This document shows, one piece after another, positions 34,086 through 42,721 of a stretch of DNA of 49,928 nt (position 1 is its first letter; each line of letters begins with the position of its first letter). The position numbers and the translations under genes are program-made. Source of the stretch: an uncultured Candidatus Saccharibacteria bacterium (lineage in GTDB: Bacteria; Patescibacteriota; Dojkabacteria; SC72); NCBI GenBank assembly GCA_964452735.1, contig CAYVNA010000003.1:1-49928 (forward strand), in the 5' to 3' direction. The notes under the pieces were generated by a model. That model was given only the letters and a program-made list of their open reading frames with translations, made no database searches and was not told the origin of the DNA.

Positions 34086-36407
34086 ATGATATTCTTAATT
34101 ATTATGAAATTTGTTAAATGTGCAATATCTCTTTTTGTAGGGATACTGACTTACTTGATGATATCCTCACCCTTTTTCAATGTTCTAGCTCAATCTAGCG
34201 CTGAGTCTTCTGGAAATTGGAGAGAGGTAGATGGTGTTGTTCAGCTTAGTGAGTACTCAGGAAATTTAGGAAATGATAGTAGGGATATTCTTTTTGTTGA
34301 TGCAAACTGTGAGGCTTGCGAGAATCTTTTTTTAGATATGGAAGAGGGTGGATTGGGAGTTGTTAAGATATATCTTTTAGATGTTACAGAGAATGAAGAG
34401 CGTCTTGCAGTTCTGAAGGATGCGTATGAGTTTTGTGGTACGGAGGAAGAGTCGCTACTAGTTCCTCTTCTCTTCTCATCTTCCAACTGCTATACAGGTT
34501 ATCTAGATATCAAGAACAGGATAAGTGCGTTGATATTACAGGAGAATGTTGTTCTAGCTTCTGAAGGTCTTTCTGTTTTGGAGAGCTATGAGGTGGCAGA
34601 GAATAAAGATAAGTATGCAGACAAGGATGTGGCGGAGATTGTTCTTGATGAAACGAAGATGTGGGAATGGTTAGTCCTTGGTGGTATAGGTGTTCTTGCT
34701 GTTGGTTTTCTAGTCTATTGGGTAGTTAATAGAAGGAGTGTTGGGAGGAAAGAGAAGACTATTTTTGCAGTTGTACAATCTCTTTTGTTTGTTCTTCCTA
34801 CAGTATACTTAGGGTATAAGGTTAATACGGCTGTTAATTTAGGAAGAGAGTATAGCAGTGCTTGTGATGCTTTTACAGGGTCTGGTTGTGTATCATATGC
34901 GGAGAGACAGGTAGCAAGGGCTAATAGTGAGGAATATGCAAAAGCCAATCCTAAAACTGCTGCAAAGGCTACAGAATATGTTAAATCGAAAGGAGGTGCA
35001 GAAGCTGCTATTGCAGAGGGAAATGCGTTGGTAGAAGCGGGTAGCCAAGGGCTCCTTGATGCTGCTAAGAATTATCTTGGTGAGCAAGCTAATGCTGAAG
35101 AGGTCTGGGCGAAAGCGAAGGAAATACAGACTGCCATGTCGAGTGAAAGTATAACGGCTGTAGTTGATCAGGGTTCTCAGATGATTAAGGTAGGCAAGAT
35201 TTTTGTTGATACTGCTTCCGCATATGCTGTTAGTCCTGAAAAGGTGTACATAGCACAGGTTCAAAGTATACCTACAATTAATGAAAGTTCTATTTCTTGT
35301 TCATCATTAGCTACTTGTGAGACAGCACTTCTAAAGAGAAATGCTGATGCTGTAGCAAATCTTTCGAATGAAACAAATAAAGATAGTACAAATTCTAACC
35401 TATACGTATATCAGTTTGATTCTCTCACAGGTCAGATAGTTAGGACACCTATAAATGCAAGTATCATAGATGGATATTGTGAAGCTACAACAACTCTTTC
35501 AGGGGATGGATCAATAGCGGAGGGTACATTATGTTCATGCTCGAATAGTTTAGGAGGATCTGCCTATACCAGATCAGATAGCGGAGCTTCCTGTGATGCA
35601 GTATGTAGGGTGAGGTTCCCTTGCTCAGATTGTAACCCTACGCCACCACCACCACCAAATCCTCCTCCTAATGGAGGTCCATATTGTGGTGATGGTATAT
35701 TAGGAAATACAACCGGTGAAGAGTGTGAATATGGAGATCCAAGTGGTGTGAAGTGTTCTTGGAATAACTGTGATGGTAGTTGTAACTGTCCTCCGGATCC
35801 TTCTCCGTATTGTGGTGATGGGAAATTAAATAACGATTATGAAAAATGTGAATTAGGAAATCCTTTGGGAGTTGAATGTAACTGGGATTCATGTAACCAG
35901 GTTCTTTGTCAATGCGTAAAATCTGGTTGTGGAGATGGAGTCCTTGATCAAGGAGAATCATGCGAAAGAGGAGACCCAAACGGTGTGTCCTGCCTCTGGG
36001 ATACAGAGTGTAGCCAACTAGACTGCTCTTGCAAAGGAGAACCCTCCATCTACTGTGGAGATGGAGTCCTCCAAGAAGGAGAGTCATGTGAGGTGGGTAA
36101 TCCTTCTGGTACAAGATGTGATTGGTCAGTATGTAGTAAGTACACATGTACATGCCCTGGTTCTCCTAATACAGGGCTATTGGATGAACAGTATGATGGG
36201 AAACTTCTTCTAGGTGCCGTCTTGATAGGTTTGGGTGTTCTATTCCAGCCATTAGTATCGTTGATAAATCATTCATACATTGTCATTACAGAGGGTGTAG
36301 TTCGTATAGGTCGATATGTAGAGAAAATAGAAAAGGAAGTCTCAACGAGTAGAGAGATAAGTAAAATAGAGAAGAGAAGAAGAAGAGTAGAAGACAGCTT
36401 TAAGTAA
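34086..36407 (+). CDS. Large Cys-rich envelope protein: signal peptide, CxxC thioredoxin-like domain, 2 TM, Ala-rich region, 4 CGDG Cys-rich repeats, SPNTG motif, TM and basic tail
   Basis: 773 aa. The signal peptide ends at VLAQS. The thioredoxin-like block reads ILFVDANCEACENLF...LLVPLLF. TMs lie at about aa 194-214, 226-245 and 706-727. A proline linker reads PTPPPPPNPPPNGGP. The four 6-Cys repeats are listed as a separate feature. Confidence 0.82.
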   Translation: MIFLIIMKFVKCAISLFVGILTYLMISSPFFNVLAQSSAESSGNWREVDGVVQLSEYSGNLGNDSRDILFVDANCEACENLFLDMEEGGLGVVKIYLLDVTENEERLAVLKDAYEFCGTEEESLLVPLLFSSSNCYTGYLDIKNRISALILQENVVLASEGLSVLESYEVAENKDKYADKDVAEIVLDETKMWEWLVLGGIGVLAVGFLVYWVVNRRSVGRKEKTIFAVVQSLLFVLPTVYLGYKVNTAVNLGREYSSACDAFTGSGCVSYAERQVARANSEEYAKANPKTAAKATEYVKSKGGAEAAIAEGNALVEAGSQGLLDAAKNYLGEQANAEEVWAKAKEIQTAMSSESITAVVDQGSQMIKVGKIFVDTASAYAVSPEKVYIAQVQSIPTINESSISCSSLATCETALLKRNADAVANLSNETNKDSTNSNLYVYQFDSLTGQIVRTPINASIIDGYCEATTTLSGDGSIAEGTLCSCSNSLGGSAYTRSDSGASCDAVCRVRFPCSDCNPTPPPPPNPPPNGGPYCGDGILGNTTGEECEYGDPSGVKCSWNNCDGSCNCPPDPSPYCGDGKLNNDYEKCELGNPLGVECNWDSCNQVLCQCVKSGCGDGVLDQGESCERGDPNGVSCLWDTECSQLDCSCKGEPSIYCGDGVLQEGESCEVGNPSGTRCDWSVCSKYTCTCPGSPNTGLLDEQYDGKLLLGAVLIGLGVLFQPLVSLINHSYIVITEGVVRIGRYVEKIEKEVSTSREISKIEKRRRRVEDSFK
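35682..36158 (+). repeat. Four tandem coding repeats (about 40-42 aa, 6 Cys each): (Y)CGDGxLxxxExCExGxPxGxxCxWxxCxxxxCxC
   Basis: The repeats are YCGDGILGNTTGEECEYGDPSGVKCSWNNCDGSCNC, YCGDGKLNNDYEKCELGNPLGVECNWDSCNQVLCQC, GCGDGVLDQGESCERGDPNGVSCLWDTECSQLDCSC and YCGDGVLQEGESCEVGNPSGTRCDWSVCSKYTCTC. Repeat starts are at about 35682, 35808, 35925 and 36051. Confidence 0.85.
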
Positions 36408-37611
36408 TATATCTCCTATTCTTTAGTTTATCTGGCATACACTGCTGTTCTGATTCCTTACTAGGTAGATCATGATCATATTCATATCCTTTTCCATATC
36501 CCACTTCCTTCATGAGCTTTGTTTCTGCATTCCTTATATGCAAAGGTACTGGGAGATTACCAAACTCCTCTATATCATTTTTTACTTTCTCCTCTACAAC
36601 ATATGCTGTATTGTCCTTAGGTGCTTTAGACAAATATATAGCAAGCTGAATTAGAAATATTTCACATTCAGGCATCCCTACTTTTTGACAAGCTTCATAC
36701 ACATTATTTGCGAGTACTAGAGCATTAGGATCTGCATTTCCGATATCTTCACTTGCGAAGCGGAGAAGTCTTCTTGCAATATACAAGGGGTCCTCTCCTC
36801 CATTTAGCATTCTTCCAACCCAGTAGCATGCAGCATCGGGTTTAGAAGATCTCATGGATTTATGAATGGCCGATATTATATTGTAGTGTTCCTCTCCATT
36901 CTTGTCATAGTATATTGGTTTCTGAATTGTGTTTCTTAGAATATCATCTGTTATTTCATATTTCCCTTTCTTCTTCTCCCTCGATTTAGCTATTGTTACA
37001 GCCATCTCCAATATATTCAATCCTGATCGTATATCACCATTAGCAAGACTTGCCATATCTTTCATAGTCTTGTCCCCTACTCTTACATCCTGAAACTCCT
37101 TCTTACAAATCTTCTTTAAGAGTGCATATATATCTTCATCAGTATGTTGTTTAAATACAAAGACCTTTGTCCGAGAAAGAAGAGGTGTATTTACTGTGAA
37201 TGATGGATTTTCTGTAGTTGCACCTATCAATATGATGACTCCCTTCTCTACATAAGGGAGGAGAGCATCTTGTTGGGCTTTATTCCATCGATGTATCTCG
37301 TCTAGAAAGAGTATTGTTTTCTTTCCATATTGTTGATTAGAGATAGCTATCTTTATAATTTTTCTCAAATGATCTTTCCCTGCGGTTACAGCTTGGAGCT
37401 TATGGAAATCGTAGAAGAGGTTGAGGGAGATGATGTATGCTAATGTTGTTTTTCCTGTCCCAGGTGGCCCCCAGAATATCATGGAGGGTATATTCCCACT
37501 ATCAAGAAACTGCCTTATCGGAGCATCTTTCCCTATGAGATGTTGTTGTCCTACAAAATCTTCTAGTTTTTTTGGTCGGTATTTTGAAGCTAATGGTTCA
37601 TATATTCCCAT
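36400..37611 (-). CDS. rarA: Replication-associated recombination protein A (RarA/MgsA AAA+ ATPase)
   Basis: 403 aa with PKKLEDFVGQQHL, Walker A GPPGTGKTT, Walker B LFLDEIHRWNK, and the C-terminal MgsA block SAIHKSMRSSKPDAACYW. Confidence 0.92.
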   Translation of the reverse strand: MGIYEPLASKYRPKKLEDFVGQQHLIGKDAPIRQFLDSGNIPSMIFWGPPGTGKTTLAYIISLNLFYDFHKLQAVTAGKDHLRKIIKIAISNQQYGKKTILFLDEIHRWNKAQQDALLPYVEKGVIILIGATTENPSFTVNTPLLSRTKVFVFKQHTDEDIYALLKKICKKEFQDVRVGDKTMKDMASLANGDIRSGLNILEMAVTIAKSREKKKGKYEITDDILRNTIQKPIYYDKNGEEHYNIISAIHKSMRSSKPDAACYWVGRMLNGGEDPLYIARRLLRFASEDIGNADPNALVLANNVYEACQKVGMPECEIFLIQLAIYLSKAPKDNTAYVVEEKVKNDIEEFGNLPVPLHIRNAETKLMKEVGYGKGYEYDHDLPSKESEQQCMPDKLKNRRYIT

Positions 37612-37680
37612 ATGTGATTATATATCTATTTTGAGGTTATTTGATATAATCGTGGGAATTTAATTATATTCTGTAATATT

Positions 37681-38100
37681 ATGGAATTAGGAGAAATAAA
37701 GACGATAATTGATGTAGCATCTTTTAGTGAGGGTAGTGTAACGCCAGAAGAAAGGAGTCTCTTGTTAGATTCCCTTGGCATAGTGTTGGTTCTACAGATT
37801 GATAAAAGATTTGAAGAATATGGAGTAACAACTGGTGACCTTTTTGTACTAGATAAGGAGAACGATGCTGAATGGGGATTTCATAGGGATGTAAAGGGTC
37901 TATATTCTCTTGGATATAGGAAGGGTCCGATAAAGAGAGTTATCCTAACGGAAAAAGGTAATAACCCTATTTACGCAATTATGAATGATACATGTAAACC
38001 AACACGTTATTATCAGTACAATACGACATCACACCCAGCTGTAGTTTTCCAGAACTTTATAGAAATAATGAAAATATTCGATCCTCTTTTTGTCGGATAA
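37681..38100 (+). CDS. Hypothetical protein
   Basis: 139-aa ORF with no recognisable motif. It fills the gap between rarA and the methyltransferase gene exactly, and its stop abuts the convergent gene. Confidence 0.5.
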   Translation: MELGEIKTIIDVASFSEGSVTPEERSLLLDSLGIVLVLQIDKRFEEYGVTTGDLFVLDKENDAEWGFHRDVKGLYSLGYRKGPIKRVILTEKGNNPIYAIMNDTCKPTRYYQYNTTSHPAVVFQNFIEIMKIFDPLFVG

Positions 38101-38640
38101 TTAAGACTTTTTGTAGATAAATAGGGATACTCCATTTCTTAATATCATTTTTTTCTCATTCTTTTCTTCTGGAATTCTATATTTATATGAATATACCTCT
38201 CCCCCATTCTTAACATATTCGGAGAGTTTCTTTTTTAGTATATTCATACTATCTTGATCTAGATAGCAGTATGTTTTGGTAAAAGGGTCTAATTTAACTT
38301 GAAAAATATCTTCTGCCTCGAAATAGATATTATTACTCAAGGGGAACTGAAGGAATTTCTTTGTTCTAGCAAGGATAAGCATAATTGGAGAGATGTCATA
38401 TCCAGTACAACTGCAACGACTATTCCGATGTGCTTTAAGTAGTAATCGACCATCCCCACTTCCAAGGTCAACAATGTGGTCACTTTCCTTGGGTGAAATA
38501 ATATCAACAATCTCCTCTAATATCTCCTTCGGAGTGCGGAATAATGGTACTAAGAAGGCATTGACTAAGATGGTCAATACAAAAGCAGCTATTGTGAGAA
38601 GAACTATCATAATGACTCCAAGGGTTATTCCATTAATCAT
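38101..38640 (-). CDS. Membrane-anchored class I SAM-dependent methyltransferase
   Basis: 179 aa with an N-terminal TM (ITLGVIMIVLLTIAAFVLTILV) and SAM motif I IVDLGSGDGRLLL followed by GYDISP. Confidence 0.75.
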   Translation of the reverse strand: MINGITLGVIMIVLLTIAAFVLTILVNAFLVPLFRTPKEILEEIVDIISPKESDHIVDLGSGDGRLLLKAHRNSRCSCTGYDISPIMLILARTKKFLQFPLSNNIYFEAEDIFQVKLDPFTKTYCYLDQDSMNILKKKLSEYVKNGGEVYSYKYRIPEEKNEKKMILRNGVSLFIYKKS

Positions 38641-38681
38641 GATGGTATAATCTATCCATAATATTATTATTAATATAATAG

Positions 38682-39362
38682 ATGATAAATGGGATTTTGT
38701 TAATAAATAAAGAAATAGACATTTCTTCGTACGATGTTATAAGGAAATTAAAGAGAGTTCTTCCTAAAGGTATAAAGATAGGTCATGCAGGAACTCTAGA
38801 TCCTTTCGCTTCGGGTCTCCTACTCGTTCTTCTAGGTAGTTATACGAAGAAGTTTGATGCAATTCTCCAGATGGAAAAGGAATACATTGTTAAGGGAGAA
38901 TTTGGTTACTCGACAGACACTCATGATATCAAAGGCGAAAAGGTAAATATCTCAAATGAAAGAAGTGCTGTAGAAAGGGAGAAGATAGAAAACATGATTA
39001 GGAAAAAATTCTTAGGTAATATATCTCAGATGCCTCCTGTTTTTTCAGCGAAGAAAATTAATGGGAGAAAAGCCTATGAATATGCTCGAAAGGGAGAGAG
39101 TGTAAAGATGCATCCAGAAGATATTTTGATTCAGAAGTTTGAGATAGTGAAATATAATTGGCCATATGTGACTTTTAAGATAGTATGCTCAAGTGGTACC
39201 TATGTGCGTACTTTGATAAATGATTTGGGTATTGAGTTGGGTTGTTTTGGTACTGCGGTAGAACTATGTAGAACTAGGATAGGAGAGTACTCTTTAGGAG
39301 ATGCTCTTGATTCTGTAGAAATCACAGAAGGAATAAATTTAGAGAAGTATGTACATGAATAA
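38682..39362 (+). CDS. truB: tRNA pseudouridine(55) synthase
   Basis: 226 aa with NGILLINKEIDISSYDV and the catalytic Asp motif GHAGTLDPFASGLL. It is a short form without the PUA domain. Confidence 0.9.
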   Translation: MINGILLINKEIDISSYDVIRKLKRVLPKGIKIGHAGTLDPFASGLLLVLLGSYTKKFDAILQMEKEYIVKGEFGYSTDTHDIKGEKVNISNERSAVEREKIENMIRKKFLGNISQMPPVFSAKKINGRKAYEYARKGESVKMHPEDILIQKFEIVKYNWPYVTFKIVCSSGTYVRTLINDLGIELGCFGTAVELCRTRIGEYSLGDALDSVEITEGINLEKYVHE

Positions 39363-40038
39363 GGGTAAATTGTATGTGGTAGCTACACCTATTGGAAATC
39401 TTGGAGATATAACTTTGAGAGCATTGGAGGTTTTGAAGGGTGTTGCATTTGTCTTAGCAGAAGATACAAGAGAGAGTTCTAAACTCCTTCGTAAATATGA
39501 GATCCCTACACAGCTAGTTTCATACAGGGATCAGAACCATATCCGTATGTTAGATAAGATTGTTGAGAAGCTAGATATAGGACTGGATCTTGCATTGATA
39601 TCTGATTGTGGAACTCCCTTGATCTCAGATCCTGGGTACAAGCTTGTACGATATTTAAGAGAGAATAAATATGAAGTGGTATCTATCCCTGGTCCTTCTG
39701 CTCTAACTTCGGCATTGTCCATTAGTGGATTGCCAACAGATAGATTTACATTTTTAGGCTTCTTGCCTAAGAGTGATTCAAAAAGGGTAGATATACTCAA
39801 GGCCTTCGATGGAATTGTAACCACATTAGTCCTTTACGAATCACCCAAGAGGATTTTGAAGCTCCTGAATCAATTAGGTGAAGTATTTGGGGATGTTAAT
39901 GTATTTCTGGCAAAAGATATTTCTAAAATGAGAGAGTACTCCTATTTTGGAAGTATCTCAGAGATTGTTAAGGAGTTAGGAGATGAAGAAATATTTGGGG
40001 AATTTGTATGTATTGTAAATACGGGAAAGCCTAATTAA
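39349..40038 (+). CDS. rsmI: 16S rRNA (cytidine1402-2'-O)-methyltransferase
   Basis: 229 aa with LYVVATPIGNLGDITLRALEVLK, LAEDTR, SDCGTPLISDPG and LYESPKR. Confidence 0.9.
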   Translation: MYMNKGKLYVVATPIGNLGDITLRALEVLKGVAFVLAEDTRESSKLLRKYEIPTQLVSYRDQNHIRMLDKIVEKLDIGLDLALISDCGTPLISDPGYKLVRYLRENKYEVVSIPGPSALTSALSISGLPTDRFTFLGFLPKSDSKRVDILKAFDGIVTTLVLYESPKRILKLLNQLGEVFGDVNVFLAKDISKMREYSYFGSISEIVKELGDEEIFGEFVCIVNTGKPN

Positions 40039-40909
40039 GAAAAACTCTCTCATAGTTACTGTCGGAGATCTCTTCCATTTTTTTCTTATCTATTCCTTTT
40101 ATTTCTGCTGCTATCTCTATGATCTCTTGTATATGTATAGGCTTCGCAAATTTGCTCTTAATCCTAGAATCTTTTCTTACTGATTGAGGTGGGAGGAATG
40201 GTCCATCTGTTTCAAAGAGAATCCTCTCTAGTGGTGTTTCCTTAAGAATCGCTCTTACATTCTCACCACTATTGTATGTTATTATCGCATTGAATCCTAC
40301 ACAGAAACCCAAGTCTAGAATATCTGGTAGAAGGGATAGGTCTCCTGTATAGCTATGGAAGGATCCTTTCAGTAGGCCCCTTCCCTCTCTTGCAACTATC
40401 TCTATGGTATCTTTCACACATTGATTGTCTCCTATCATGTCTCGGGCATGTATACTTATCGGCATGTCGTATTTGTTTGCAATATTTATATGTTTTGATA
40501 GTGACACTTTCTGAATTTCTCTGATTTCTTGGATATTGTCTTTAGTATAATTATTGTCATTTTGTATTTGGTAGTAGTCGAGACCTGTTTCCCCTATTGC
40601 TAATATATACTCCTTATTTTTGCTTATGTAGCTTTCTAACTCGTCCAAATAGCGGAGGCTTTTATCATATATATGATCGAAGATACCTTTGTACAAGGTG
40701 TTTTCTTCAAAGTATGTAGGATGTATAGCGATTCCGATATCAACGGTTTTGGAGAAGTTTTTTTTAATATCTAGATTAACATCCCAGTCCTCTATTTCTG
40801 CACTTTGGGCTAGTATGTGTATCCCTCCCTTATCTTCAAATTCCTCTATATATTCCCTACAGTTACTTTTTAATGGCTCTAGCGCCAGATGTATGTGTGA
40901 GTCATGCAT
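40031..40909 (-). CDS. tatD: TatD-family metal-dependent hydrolase/DNase
   Basis: 292 aa with HDSHIHL, IGETGLDY, SIHARD, SFHSY and FETDGPF. Confidence 0.9.
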   Translation of the reverse strand: MHDSHIHLALEPLKSNCREYIEEFEDKGGIHILAQSAEIEDWDVNLDIKKNFSKTVDIGIAIHPTYFEENTLYKGIFDHIYDKSLRYLDELESYISKNKEYILAIGETGLDYYQIQNDNNYTKDNIQEIREIQKVSLSKHINIANKYDMPISIHARDMIGDNQCVKDTIEIVAREGRGLLKGSFHSYTGDLSLLPDILDLGFCVGFNAIITYNSGENVRAILKETPLERILFETDGPFLPPQSVRKDSRIKSKFAKPIHIQEIIEIAAEIKGIDKKKMEEISDSNYERVFLN

Positions 40910-40948
40910 GGATTGATTTTACCACAAAGAAATATGGAATGTGGTAGA

Positions 40949-41665
40949 ATGTATACCGTCATGAAAAAGGTTGGGCAAAGGAATTGGTTGTTGTTTATAA
41001 CAGGTCTTCTACTTATCGGAGCTATTATATCCCTATGGATGACTGCTGGAAAGCGTTTTGGTGTTGGAATGTGTGTATATGACGGTATTGAATATTCTCA
41101 GGGAGATAGTATTGTTGGATATGATGATGAGAGGGATTGTTCTTGTTCCTGGACAGGAGATATTGTGTGTGAGGACCGAGAGGCTATGATGAATTATGAG
41201 ACTTTTTCTTCTTCTAGTTTGTCTTTTTCATATAACTTTAGAAATTACATAGAGAAGAATACCCCAGATCTTTCTAAAGTGAGTTTGATTGATGTTAATC
41301 ATTTGAATAATCGTTTGGAAATCTCAATAGAGAGGGAGGCCTTATGTGGGGAGGGAGATCTTTCTCCTACTCAGATAGGTTTGTATGAGAGGAAGAGTGG
41401 TTCTATCATCCTCACAACAATTACAAACAGAGATGAGGCTCTTTATTCAAAAGTTTGTATTATTGGTAATTCCTTTATGATTGAGAATTTAGATACTATG
41501 AATGATAGGGAGTTTTCAATTATGTATCAGAATGAAAGCGGACAGCTTTATGATCTCAATGTCTGCTATCTAAATAATAGGTTGTATGGAAAGGGAGATG
41601 TTTTTAAGGATGGCAATCGTTTATGTACTTGTGAGGGTCCTGAGGTTTCCTGTGACAGGCTATAG
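40949..41665 (+). CDS. Membrane-anchored hypothetical protein bracketed by two VWC-like Cys motifs
   Basis: The ORF-track start at 40904 overlaps the divergent tatD start. Likelier starts are the ATGs at 40949 or 40961 (MKKVGQRNW plus TM LLFITGLLLIGAIISLW). The Cys motifs are CVYDGIEYSQGDSIVGYDDERDCSCSWTGDIVC and CYLNNRLYGKGDVFKDGNRLCTCEGPEVSC. Confidence 0.6.
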   Translation: MYTVMKKVGQRNWLLFITGLLLIGAIISLWMTAGKRFGVGMCVYDGIEYSQGDSIVGYDDERDCSCSWTGDIVCEDREAMMNYETFSSSSLSFSYNFRNYIEKNTPDLSKVSLIDVNHLNNRLEISIEREALCGEGDLSPTQIGLYERKSGSIILTTITNRDEALYSKVCIIGNSFMIENLDTMNDREFSIMYQNESGQLYDLNVCYLNNRLYGKGDVFKDGNRLCTCEGPEVSCDRL

Positions 41666-42688
41666 TAGCCCAACGTATATCCCTATTACACAACTGACTA
41701 GAGTGAATAACCAAAATCTCATTGTTACCTTGTATTGTGGCCAACCATTAGCTTGGAAATGGTGATGTATTGGTGCAATCTTGAAGACTCTCTTCTTGAA
41801 GAATTTCATACTTAATATCTGTATAGCGCTTGAAGCTGTTATTATCCAAGTGATTGCAGACATTGCGAAATATGGTAAAAGATTATTTGTTACAAGTGCT
41901 ATGAAAAACATTGTAAAGCCTAACGGCATTGCACCAGGCCCTCCATTCCAGAATCTTGCTGGTGGTATGTTGAAGTAGAGGTCTATTATTTGTACTCCCA
42001 TTATGATACTTAGTATCGGAATAAATTCGTATTTACCTTGTATCATTAATAGGAATATCATGGAGGCATTGATTATTGAAAATATCCCTACCATTAATCC
42101 GTCTGCTCCATCCGTTAGCTCCGCAGCATATATGGCAAATTGTCCTAGGACTCCCATCAAGATGAGGATAATTGGTGTAATATTGATAGTTAATAGGTCT
42201 AAAATAGATATCTCTTGCAAAGCCCCTGTGTTGAAAAGCAGGTACATAACGACGATATTCATAAGAATTGCAAATATAAGTTTCCCAAGTCTCCATTCAA
42301 ATGTCTCTTGAAATGCTCTCATCTTCTCATTATTCTTGAATCCGTTTGTGAATATAACAACATCGATAAAACCCCAGAATCCGAATAACGCAAAGCCCAA
42401 GAGGAATACTTTGACTACAGGAGTCAGTGGTACTAACAACATCGTTATCAAAGGAACTATAATCCATATTAATATACCTCCCATATTAGGAGTTCCATTT
42501 GTTGTTGTTGATCTCATTATCTTCATGAATAGTGTATTATCCCCTTCCCCATTTGCTATCTTTGTTTTCTTTATACCGCTAACCTGATTAAACTTATACA
42601 GAATGGAAATCATTATTGGTGCAAATATTGCTGAGGCTATCGTAGATACAAATAGTGATTCGAGGCTTTTCTTAATAATGTCTAACAT
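41660..42688 (-). CDS. mraY: Phospho-N-acetylmuramoyl-pentapeptide transferase
   Basis: 342 aa, polytopic, with GTPNMGG, ELTDGADGL and PIHHHFQANGW. The usual GDxGS block is divergent (GGPGAMPLG). Confidence 0.88.
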   Translation of the reverse strand: MLDIIKKSLESLFVSTIASAIFAPIMISILYKFNQVSGIKKTKIANGEGDNTLFMKIMRSTTTNGTPNMGGILIWIIVPLITMLLVPLTPVVKVFLLGFALFGFWGFIDVVIFTNGFKNNEKMRAFQETFEWRLGKLIFAILMNIVVMYLLFNTGALQEISILDLLTINITPIILILMGVLGQFAIYAAELTDGADGLMVGIFSIINASMIFLLMIQGKYEFIPILSIIMGVQIIDLYFNIPPARFWNGGPGAMPLGFTMFFIALVTNNLLPYFAMSAITWIITASSAIQILSMKFFKKRVFKIAPIHHHFQANGWPQYKVTMRFWLFTLVSCVIGIYVGLL

Positions 42689-42721
42689 ATGGGTCTGTCA
42701 ATAAGTTATATCTTCATTATC

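Noticed and set aside
40904-40948. The ORF-track start at 40904 for the 253-aa protein.
   Set aside because: It would overlap the divergent tatD start codon region, and the first 15-19 residues precede the obvious basic-plus-TM N-terminus. The ATGs at 40949 or 40961 are more plausible.
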